Below, piece after piece: positions 37,942 through 48,803 of a stretch of 64,000 nucleotides of DNA (within the stretch, counting starts at the first letter, position 1; every line of letters starts with the position of its first letter). Made by a program: the position numbers and the translations under genes. Source of the stretch: Styela clava (lineage: Eukaryota). The DNA is taken from NCBI RefSeq assembly GCF_964204865.1, contig NC_135252.1, forward strand, positions 13,702,001 to 13,766,000, given 5' to 3'. A model generated the notes under the pieces. That model was given only the letters and a program-made list of their open reading frames with translations. It made no database searches and was not told the origin of the DNA.

Positions 37942-40900
37942 ATGAAAATGTCGACTGCAGTAATAGTAAGCGGGAGAAAAGTAGCTTTACTTCTAAAGTT
38001 ATATAGATTTTTTGCAGGTGAGAAAAAGCATTTTTCTATTATATCAAATTTGAGTATAATTAAACCAATAGATATAACCATTGTCATGGAATTTGGAGTC
38101 TGATTGGATTCTTTTACTTGTTTACAAATCTTTCCGCGTTTCTTGTTTTCTTTGTATGTTAGTAACTTGGAAAATGACGATTTTTTCTTTAGGTATTTCT
38201 CAAAAACAACTTGCAAGTGTCATGTGTGAAATGTTTGGCGAAAATATCAAAGTATCAACAATAAGTAAATTTGAACTTGGAACTGAGGTAATTTTATTAA
38301 CAGTAATAAATTTTAACAATGCTCACTACTTCGCGTATTTTTATGGCCCATCTGACGATATGACACGTGGTTTAGATATCTAGCTTCCACCAGAATGGCT
38401 CTTATTCTACCGGGTAATATCGTATTCTACCATTAACAAAGAGTAGTCTACTCACTGCTTGTGCTAGGCAGGTAGGCTAAATAACTAATATGCCACCGCA
38501 ATATTAATAGTATCCAGTCAAATGTTTTGGTCTTAATTAAAAAATTATACCAAATCTTATATTAATTTGTGTCGAATCCGAAAAAACAAATAATAAAGCC
38601 TTCTGGCTGAAACAATTTGTAAATCGAACATATCAACCTTATTCAATAATGTTTCAATTGTAGGCATGCATGCAAGATGTCAAAGATTTTTCATTGAAAG
38701 CAATGGTATGGCTGGAAATTATGGGAATAGATTGTCATTATCGCCTCGTTTCAGTCAATGACTGTGATAGCATAGATGGGATGAGAAAAAAAAGAAAGGT
38801 TGCAGAATTGCCTCCGCTCGAGAAAAGAGCTTTGGAAACACTTCGCAAAATGTGCTCGGGATTCACATTGGAGGTAAGCAGCTGTGCTGAATGTGCGTGA
38901 AACAAAGTATTATCAAAATCTTCAGAAAACCATAGGGGTACCCATCCGATTAAACTCTCCATGCAACATTCTCTCTCTTCACAACAAATCCTGTCTAAGT
39001 CGCAGAACAGTGATCCCCGCATGAGCTTGAAAGAAGTTTCACGACATACCTAGAAAATGTTATAGTTAAGCCTTGGTACGACGATTGAGTTTCTCAAGAT
39101 AAAATATAGAAGCCTATTATATTTCTTATAACAGCATCTTCAACTATTGGAAATAATATTTGGTGTTACACCAGAGGATCTACATAAATGGTCTATTCAA
39201 CTACGACGCAGACAGAAAAACTTCAATTCCATCAGAAAAAGAAAAAGGCCTCAGAATGTATGTGATTGTTTTGTTCAAAAGTTGCATTTATATAGATTTT
39301 TACCCAACATAGTTAAAGAAATGAAAAGCTTAAAATTTCATAGTTTATAGTTAAAACGTCACAAATATTCCCTCGAGGGAACGCTGTTCTACGTCAGATC
39401 CACGGCGATTATGGTGAACTAATTTTTAATGAGAAAAAGTAGAATACATATATATGTATTTTGGCAAATTGGACAGACATGAGTTTGATTTCAAATTCGA
39501 AACTCAAATTTTTATATTGATGATTTAAATTAGCTTATATCTAATCTGTTTCACTACTGCTTTTTCTGCAACCATTTTTTTCTAAAGCAGGTTTCTGAAA
39601 AGCAGTGCCGGAAAGATTTCCTTTCAATCACTGCGAAAAATCATACGGAAATTCCTGACAAACATGTTGACAGCTTAATTGTTTCAGAAGATTCTGGAAT
39701 TGAATCTGAAACGCCTGCTTCCCCAATCAAATACACGTATGTCGCTAGCTATCCATTGCGTTAATTTTATACCAGGTATTAAAGTGAACAAACTTTTGAA
39801 CACCTAGCTAGACAATATTTGCTTGTAGTATGTGAACTAAGATGGCGGACACCGGAACTTAGCATGTGTACCAGATTAGGGTTAGGCCATAATTTCAGGT
39901 ACAAATACTACGGGAGTCACTCGGCTAATCCCCGAACTCGTAATAGAACTAAAAAAAGGGAAATTGGAATCAAATTATGGCCTAACTCTAGTCTGGTACA
40001 CATACTACGTTCCGGTGTTCGCCATCTTGGTTCACATACTACGGAGGTACTAGATAGCGCACTATATGCTAAAGGATTTAATTAATCGAGCTTGAAAATT
40101 ACACGTGAGTTCGCATTTCCCCACAAGCAAAAGCATGATCTATCTCTGACTAATCGTTGTTTTAATTCTAGTAATGGGAAAACCTATGCACCCCTGCACC
40201 CAGTGACATCAGCAAAACGGAGAATAATTTACGAAGAAGCAATTGAAAACCACCGTATTTCGTATGAAATGCCCCAAACCGATACGGATGAGGATCAGTT
40301 TTCCTGTGCACTGCTTTAGGGAAGACATGAGATATTCTGTTCACAATATAGGCCTATCTATATAAACTATAATGAGGCACAAATTTTCTTACTTTTCACA
40401 AAAATAATAACACCGACACTTGCTTGAAATTCGGTTAATTTTTTACAGTTTTCTTTCATTTTGGTAACAAGTACAGCCACTCCACTTGCAAAATTTTATT
40501 TTTCTAAGAATATTCCGTTAACATAAAATAATTGCGTTCAAAATTTTCATGTCCATAATTATTTAAAATTTCCAATAACTTGGACAAGGCATTGGTTTCG
40601 TTTATTTCCACGAAGTGTATTCAAGCCTCAAATTCAAAAAAACTTCGCACAAGTATCCGTTCAAAGATAGGATATACTGAAGCCCAAAATAAAAATATTT
40701 TTATTTATTCAATGCCAAATGATACACACCGTTTAAGGCTTCGTCATGTCTCTCTATCAATACATTCTTAATAAATACCCCGCCACTCCAATATATGAAA
40801 CGATAATGGAATACTGTTTTCGAAATAGCACATGTGCATCTTTTACAGACAATCCCACGCTACCGATTTAATTGTCCTGGAAATTCATTATCGATCTTGT

Positions 40901-42141
40901 AAAATTGATTTCGTGTTCTTTCGGTTGCTGCTGCATGAGTACGTACGCGATAAGTACGAATTGCAATGTTTGTGATATTTAATTTATCAACAAGTCGCTT
41001 TTCTATTTATTTCGCATTTCTTTTTCGGGCATGCTATATTCACTCTTCGAATAAAGGAATTTTTTTTTAATATTTGTTGCTGGAGATCATAGTATTTGCA
41101 CTTTTTTACATAGACAATCGTGGGAAATTTGTTTATCCCGTTAGATAGTTAATCCCGTTAGATTAAATTTCCCAGAAGCTAACACGGTTTTATGCAAGCA
41201 GGGATTCGCCGCAAGGAGGATCTTGCAACGACTGTTCGCTTGAAGCCACGTTTCCAAGTCTGGGAGAAATTTATCCTCGAAGAGAAATTTTGTCGTTTTT
41301 GGGGGGTACTTTTACTTTGTATTTTCTGCAGTATCTAATATTCTTTATAATTTATATTAGCACACATTATAAACTACTTAAACTTTAAACAAAAAACGGG
41401 GATGCGACTTGCGCATAACACTAGCTTCATTCATTCCGAGGTATTCATTCTGGATACCTAGGATTCATTAAAAATCTAATAAATAAAGTAGTTTTTATTT
41501 ATAGTGAGACAGGAATAAAGAGTTTCTACTATGCAAAAGTAGGAATTTCGTGAAAAGGTTCGGAAGCACTGTCCCAAGGCTCCCATCACCATCCGAGAAT
41601 GCGTGTTATTTAGTCAACCCCGTTCAGACTTCCGATTTTCAAATTCGATCATATATCAATGCCAACCCTTAAATAAAAATATTCGGTTGATCGAACAGTA
41701 TGATCACAAATAAACCAAATATTTGGATAGTAGAATAACTGATATCCAAAACAACCCAACTTATAACAACACCGCCATAATACTCTATTGTACAAACAGC
41801 CTGCAAACATGTTGACCTTGAATATTTCCTATAAATAATACACGTTGAGTTATAATAAGCATTTACATTATAGTAAACACTTGTGGCAAACACTTCCAAT
41901 AATTTTCAACTTCAATAAAGGGAGACAACATATATCAGTTACGCAAGACGTAATACAAAAAGTGGGAAACGAACATCTGCCGCTCAGTGACGATAGTAAA
42001 GATATATATAATTTGTCAAACGGAAAGTTATTTTGCTCAAATCGAAATGATTCGGTCCAGAGAGTGACGAGTGAGAAGTTGGTCTCAACGATAAAACGCA
42101 CGGTACGATTTAGCTTACCCATATTTGGGAGATGCTACTGA
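37942..42141 (+). CDS. Highly divergent POU-domain (POU-specific + homeodomain) protein; about 384 aa, or about 265 aa if it ends at 40319
   Basis: Exons 37942-38017, 38193-38287, 38664-38873, 39135-39257, 39591-39736, 40172-40261 (or to the stop at 40319), then less certain 40849-40938, 41202-41305, 41921-42141; all phases are compatible. POU-specific-like VALLLKLYRFFAGISQKQLASVMCEMFGENIKVSTISKFE...KAMVWLE; homeodomain-like RKKRKVAELPPLEKRALE...LHKWSIQLRRRQK. The start codon is uncertain. Confidence 0.7.
39826..40050. mobile_element. Hairpin MITE (TTAGGG/YY1-motif family) in a POU-like intron
   Basis: GTAGTATGTGAACTAAGATGGCGGACACCGGAAC...TTAGGGTTAGG...GTTCCGGTGTTCGCCATCTTGGTTCACATACTAC; homologous to 26410-26645. 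Confidence 0.85.
41962..41979 (-). promoter_or_regulatory. Candidate PTF1 (Ptf1a/E-protein/RBPJ) bipartite site upstream of the colipase-like gene
   Basis: The minus strand reads CAGATG-ttcg-TTTCCCAC: an E-box, a 4-nt spacer and a TC-box, about 700 bp before the colipase-like ATG. Confidence 0.45.
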
Positions 42142-42673
42142 TATATATGCTTAAATGAAATACGATTAGGTAAAAGAAAAACCTGTTCCTATTCCACAGT
42201 TATAAAGTAAGTGAATTTCTAGCCCTCGTTCGCCTTTATGTACACTTATACACGTTATAACTCACATCAAATGGTAAATATTTGAGCTCGATTATATAAA
42301 ATAAGCACATTTTAATTCAGTTGACAGCTAGAGCAGTAACAAGTACGGAAGTACGCAGTCGTTTGCCACACCTGCACTGTTTTATTGAAATTTATCCCCG
42401 GGTGATTTCAAGTTTCAGTGGAGTTTAAGTCAAAACTTAAATATTCCACAGAATTACTACACGAATTTGAGTACAAAAAGATAATTTCTTTCATAAACTA
42501 GTTTCACTAAGAACGCGGAGTGAGTGATCGTAGCAGTACTTACTTTATATCATTTACATTGTGCATTTGAACTGCATTTCCATTCTAGCTAAATACCAAC
42601 CTAGTTGTAATTATTGCAGTTGTCATTTTTGTAACCTAATTGTAACTTTTCTGCCGCCATCTCTTGATCAAAA

Positions 42674-43670
42674 ATGTTTCTCAGAATTATATTGTTCTAC
42701 TGCTGTTTAGCATTGGTGACATGCTCAGTAGAGAAAAATTTAGTAATCAATTTAGTAAGTACTATTTATTTGTGCTAATTTGACGTATTTGTAACCCACC
42801 CGTGCAGGACGCGGTAATACTGCACCTGTTTTTCTAGGAAAACGGAGAAATATGTGCTTTTGGAAGTCAGTGTTTGAGTGGATGCTGCAAAAGGAACGGA
42901 GTCGTACTTCGATGTTCAAGTCTTAGCAAGGAAGGTGCTCAATGTACAAGAGACGTGAGTACCGGAATAGTTTAATCGATGTCTAGCAACAACAAAAATG
43001 GGTAGTCAGACCTGAAGATTTTATTGTCTCGGGTTTATATCGTTTTCTCGAACTTCACGCAAACAGCAGAAAAATTTTAAAACCCGGATTCGACTTGAAA
43101 TCCGGAAGGCGAAGCTGGTGATTCTGGCCCAATTTCAAGTACTCAGCATTGAAGTTTTTAGCTCGTTCCTAGATTTAAGAAAGTGACCTTTCAAACGTAT
43201 TTTTTGAACATCTGTTTACAAGTTGCATCTTTAATAAGATAATAGTAATGCATATATTTCTAAATATAATTGGGCTATCATTCAACAACGTACGTGACCA
43301 GTAATCAATCAGGATATATATAATCTCATTTGCTGATAGACTTCCTGCACGATTATCAACCTGCATGACCTGACTTCAATAAGAAAGTTCTTTTCTAAAG
43401 TTCCTCTTAAATCTGTACCAATTTCGAATTTATTTTATTTTTATTAGGTAGCCATTTGTAAGATTTGATGGGTAAAAAACAAATCAAGAAAGTAGCATTA
43501 ACTTTCTTGAGCACGCAGCGCTCACGTGACGGAATTTATAAATCGCAGAATAATCCATAAAAAAAATTATTTTGTAGGATATGTTGGACACCGAGGTTTT
43601 TCATTGCCATTGCGAGATGGGATTACAATGCGACAGACAAACAGACGTATGCGTGGACGGGAACGCATAA
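42674..43670 (+). CDS. CLPS: Colipase-like secreted protein, 96 aa, 3 exons
   Basis: Exons 42674-42754, 42838-42954, 43578-43670 (phase 0/0) give MFLRIILFYCCLALVTC-SVEKNLVINL|ENGEICAFGSQCLSGCCKRNGVVLRCSSLSKEGAQCTRD|DMLDTEVFHCHCEMGLQCDRQTDVCVDGNA*. Signal peptide, 10 mature cysteines in colipase spacing, and an INL|ENGE junction as in human colipase; AATAAA near 43781. Confidence 0.85.
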
Positions 43671-44193
43671 AATGACATCTCTGCAAATACTTATTCATAA
43701 AATTCAAATGATGGAATTTAATATTACATCGATTTGGTAAAATTCAAAAGATGCTATCAAGATTATAATAATTTTATATAAATAAAATAAATGGAATTTG
43801 ATATTGATGAAATTCTCTGTGACACCTTCAATAAATGTACTGAATACCTATTTCTTCCTCAATATTTCTTTGTGAGCAAATTAGCCGGTCAGTGATCTGT
43901 TAATTATGTATTTTTTATACAGCATTGAATTTGAAATGTTAAACATAACATGAAGAGTGAACTGTGCTCAATTACATATATAATATACACATTTCGAAAG
44001 GACTTATGTAAATTTTAGGAGTTCTTCTTATTCTAGAACGTCTTTGATGGTTTCTAAATTACAGTACAACCCAGTATTTAGAATATAAATATTTTTCATA
44101 AGGGTTTATTTGTCTGGGCATCTGATTTGATCCAATGTTTGTGCTTGATTTGGTTCCAAAGTAAATAACTTGTTCAATGTTAACTGGACAAGA

Positions 44194-45018
44194 CTATTCT
44201 TCAAATCCATCCACTCGTTTATTGTATAACTTTTCCATTTCTAAAGCAGCGTCTTTACTTTCCATCACATATGCATGACTTCCTTTGGAATGAATATACA
44301 TAGATTCTTTCAATGGAATGCCGGAAAAGAAGAAAAATCTTGCAGGCTTTTTGTCTTTGGTTTTATTTTCGAACTTGATAAAGTCTCCACCAGAGATATC
44401 ACCAGTATGTCTTGCTTTGATCGTAACCCCTCCGACTACGATAGTACCTTGCATTGTGTAAATGAAAGTGGTCCATGTTCTATCGATTGGCTGAGTATGC
44501 GAAGACCCCGAATTCAACGTGATATCTAACATTACTGTTGGCTGCTGCGTTTGTACTCTTGATTTCATTCCTAGTGAGTTTCCCATTAGCACTCTCACTG
44601 TTGCGCCCTCATTTTGTAAAGTAGGTGTTTGAGCCTTCCTAGAAACTTGAAAATCACACGGAGTTCTCTTTTTATCATGTGGTAAATTTACCCATAAATT
44701 AAGGCCGTTTGCAACCCCAACGGGCATTTCTCTGTGTATTATACCACCAGCTGCGCACATATTTTGAATTCCGTCGGGTCCCAGAACGTTTTTGTTTCCA
44801 GCGTTGTCACCGTGAAAGAGTTCGCCTTGAACAACAAAAGTAACGGATTCAAATCCGGTGTGAGGATGATTCGCAAAAACGGTAGGCGCTAGAAGATTAA
44901 AATGATCAAAAAATATAAACGGATCCTTTTGCACGAACTTTTGGTCGACCAAACCAAATCTCACGAATCTTTGCACTGCGTCATAAACTTTGGTGACCGT
45001 TGCAGCAACTTGATCCAT
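44194..45018 (-). CDS. PIR: Pirin-family bicupin protein, intronless, copy A
   Basis: DPFIFFDHF, HPH-x-GFESVT, GGIIHREMP, LWVNLP; metal ligands H-x-H and H-x-E are retained. Confidence 0.92.
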   Translation of the reverse strand: MDQVAATVTKVYDAVQRFVRFGLVDQKFVQKDPFIFFDHFNLLAPTVFANHPHTGFESVTFVVQGELFHGDNAGNKNVLGPDGIQNMCAAGGIIHREMPVGVANGLNLWVNLPHDKKRTPCDFQVSRKAQTPTLQNEGATVRVLMGNSLGMKSRVQTQQPTVMLDITLNSGSSHTQPIDRTWTTFIYTMQGTIVVGGVTIKARHTGDISGGDFIKFENKTKDKKPARFFFFSGIPLKESMYIHSKGSHAYVMESKDAALEMEKLYNKRVDGFEE

Positions 45019-47250
45019 TTTTAACTATTTATTGTCAATTGATTGGCTAAACGCGTGCTGGTAAAATAATCGACGCATAACAAATTTAGTAATGTCGGAG
45101 CTTCGTAATACGATACATGAATCCTGTACAGGTCTTGCAAAAATAGGAATCTGGGGCCGAGGAATCGGTATGCCTTGACTACAAGGCTTAAACTAAATTG
45201 TCGAGCCAAAAGTTGATTAAAGATGATTCAAAAGATGACCTGACCAAATCATCATTTCTAAGATTCATTACATACGGTTAGATTATTACTTGAACTATTT
45301 TACCCCATTTCCCAAAGTAACCCTCTATCTATTCTTTTTGTTCAAGATAAGTTATTTTTGCTCGTGCTTCAGTAAGCATCAACAGCTTGAAATCTCCTCT
45401 TACTCCATTGTTTTTGCACTTTTTATCCTAAACATAATCATAATTAAGCTCATTATAAGCAGACCCAGTTCTTTGTGAAAAATTATGATCAATATATATA
45501 ATATCTATTATAAACGAATCATTTGAAATATCAAAGTCGTACAGTTTTTTTTGTTTTTCAGGCAAAATTGAAACAATACTATTAAATACAAGTTGAGTAA
45601 TCGCACAATTGCAACGTAATTTTTTTATTGGATATTCCAAAAAAAGAAAAGGATTTCACGTCAAAGTAACTACATCATATCCAAAGCCAGTATAAACATG
45701 TAAATCGCTGTGTCTTTCACACTTCCTACACTAACTGAAACTGAACATATGAATAATCTTCATGCATCACCGTTGCGTATCAAACGGGAATGATTAGAAT
45801 GATTGAATTACATGCACATGATGATTGAAGGCTGACTTGAGCTCTTTTTGTTCAATAACTGAAGTGAGTAGAAACACTGCTGACTATAATCATCAAATGT
45901 ATGTTGCATGTAATATACAAATTAAGGCATGTTACTGAAAACTTACGGCACATATAAATTATGTTTTAATGATATATCATAGTCGTGACCTGATCGAACC
46001 GTGCTTCAAAATTTATGTGACAATAATGACACATATGAAATACCACGTGCCTTATTAATCATAGATCAATTGATATTATTGATCATCAATACATTATATA
46101 TTTTCTTTTGGACATAGATGAAAAAAATTAGTTGAGCAAACTCATAATACATGCCGACACACTTGTGACGCAACACGGGGCATGCCGAACTTTTCTGCAG
46201 CCCAGTGCCAGAAAACGATGCGCTTATACCTCACTTCAAAAATAATATGGGAATAAACAAATTGTAGATGTTGGTATACATGATCATGAATCAATGAAAA
46301 GACGAGTAAGAGTGGGATGTTTGTATTATTAAATAAATCATCAAACTAAGCAACAATTTCACATATCTAAAATCCAACTTATAACGCGAACTCTACAGCT
46401 TGGATCTGCTGCCGCCTTCAACGTTCTGCCCGGGGCGGCTCCCCTTATGGCCATCCCCTACGTCCGTTCCCTGGTGTAACAGACTTAACAACACTTAGTC
46501 TTCAAGTTCGAAAGAACCGTTTGTGACTTAAAACTTTGTCCTTTTTCGAGAAAATTCCCATACCGCCAACAATGAAGTATGATAATGCGCACTTGCTCAA
46601 TGTTGATATATATTTTCAAATCAATATCAAATGATTATTGGCGACTACCAGCAAGCTTTTTAAGAATTAGCTAACCCCATTCTTCGAAATAAAACAAAAA
46701 CAAGCATGTGCCAAGCAATACCATTTGTTGCTCACGTATATTATTATTGTATTATATATATGGACATGAATTGGACCTATGAATCGTTTTGTTATTATGT
46801 TGTTCTTGGTATGTTTCTTCTTATCGTTATGAAAAAACCGCTTTTATCTTTAACTACTGAACCAATTGCTTTGGAATTTTCAGTGGTTAAAGCTTGTATT
46901 TTCCTTTAGTTTAGAACTTTTTCGTGTTCATATAGTTGGTCATAACTCTCTTGTTAGTGATAATATAGCACATTTTACCTCATTTGCGATTGGTATATAT
47001 ATATATATACTTATTTGGCGTTAACAGAATTCCAATATTTTCAATGCATACAGTGTTACTTGTATATCGCGCGTTTTGCGTATTTTGGAACGTCCCGGTT
47101 GTTTCTAAATTACTAACAGTACAGCCCAGTGTTTAGAATATACATATTCATCATAAGGGTTTAATTTTCTGGACATCTGATTTGGTCCAATGTTTGTACT
47201 TGATTTGGTTTCCAAGTAAATAACTCGTTCAAAGTTAATTGGACAATGTC

Positions 47251-48075
47251 TTATTCTTCAAATCCATCCACTCGTTTATTGTATAACTTTTCCATTTCTA
47301 AAGCAGCGTCTTTACTTTCCATCACATATGCATGGTTACCTTTGGAATGAATATACATAGATTCTTTTAATGGAATGCCGGAAAAGAAGAAAAATCTGGC
47401 AGGCTTTTTATCTTCGGTTTCATTTTCGAACTTGATAAAGTCTCCACCAGAGATATCAGCAGTATGTCTTGTTTTGATCGTAACCGCTCCGACTACAATA
47501 GTACCTTGCATCGTGTAAATGAAAGTGGTCCATGTTCTATCGATTGGCTGAGTATGCGAAGACCCCGAATTCAACATGATATCTAACATTACTGTTGGCT
47601 GCTGCGTTTGTATTCTTGATCTCATTCCTAGTGAGTTTCCCATAAGCACTCTCACTGTTGCGCCCTCATTTTGTAAAGTAGGTATTTGAACCTTCCTAGA
47701 AACCTGAAAATCACATGGAATTCGTTTTTTATCATGTGGTAAGTTCACCCACAAATTAAGGCCGTTTGCAACCCCAATGGGTATTTCTCTGTGTATTATA
47801 CCACCTCCTGCGCACATATTTTGAATTCCGCCGGGTCCCAGAACGTTTTTGTTTCCAGCGTTGTCACCGTGGAAAAGTTCGCCTTGAACAACATAAGTGA
47901 CGGACTCAAATCCGCTGTGAGGATGATTCGCAAAAACGGTAGGTGCTGAAATATTAAAATGATCAAAATATATAAACGGATCCTTTTGCACAAACTTTTG
48001 GTCGACCAAACCAAATCTCACAAATCTTTGCACCGCGTCATGTAATTCGATGACCGTTGCAGAAACTTTTTCCAT
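47251..48075 (-). CDS. PIR: Pirin-family bicupin protein, intronless, copy B
   Basis: Same length (274 aa) and motifs as copy A, with scattered substitutions. Confidence 0.92.
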   Translation of the reverse strand: MEKVSATVIELHDAVQRFVRFGLVDQKFVQKDPFIYFDHFNISAPTVFANHPHSGFESVTYVVQGELFHGDNAGNKNVLGPGGIQNMCAGGGIIHREIPIGVANGLNLWVNLPHDKKRIPCDFQVSRKVQIPTLQNEGATVRVLMGNSLGMRSRIQTQQPTVMLDIMLNSGSSHTQPIDRTWTTFIYTMQGTIVVGAVTIKTRHTADISGGDFIKFENETEDKKPARFFFFSGIPLKESMYIHSKGNHAYVMESKDAALEMEKLYNKRVDGFEE

Positions 48076-48287
48076 TTTTATCTATTATTGTCGAACTATA
48101 GTTAGATTGGCGAATCGCATGCTGGTAAAATAATCGACACATAACAAATTTAGTAATGTCAGGGATTTGTAATACATGAAATAAATAGAGCGAAAAGTGA
48201 ATCATATGACAAGATAATGACAACATGATTGTGACATAACAGACTTACTAATACTAAGTCTTCAAGTACGAAAGAACAGGTTGTGAC

Positions 48288-48803
48288 TAAGGATGCTAAG
48301 TATGAATAATTACAAGTATTCGATTCTTATCCGATTCCTAAATTTTCGATTCCGATTCTCAATTTCGAATCTCGATTCCTCGACATATCTTACCGAGAAA
48401 ACATACCCACATAAGCAAAACCATATGAAATCAAACAAGACAGCGAAGTTCAAATATATGGAAGAACAAGAAGGCCAAACTAAGTAGTAATCTTTCACAG
48501 GAGACAAAATCGCACAAAAAAAAAACGAATCCCTCAGAACCCACAGAGATTTTAGAAAAAAATCGAGGTAAAAATTTCCTAGCGAAATATATATATAGTG
48601 AAGTTTGCGGTGCCGTAGCAACTCAACATAGCAGTAAAGCAGTTTATACATATATGTGAAAGAATTCCCACAAAACGTTACACATTGTTTGCAATCCGAG
48701 TTTTAATCTCGAGAATCGATTCCTATGCATTGGAATCGATTCTAGTCGATTCCGCGAAGATTCTATTCTGTAATCGAATCCGGACTCAATTTCGCCATAC
48801 CCA
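48288..48803. mobile_element. hAT-type MITE (TAGGGATG-like termini) upstream of pirin copy B only
   Basis: Termini TAAGGATG / CATACCCA, GAATCGATTC motifs, 8-bp TSD GTTGTGAC; empty site TTTGTGAC at about 46521 in the paralogous unit. Confidence 0.8.
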
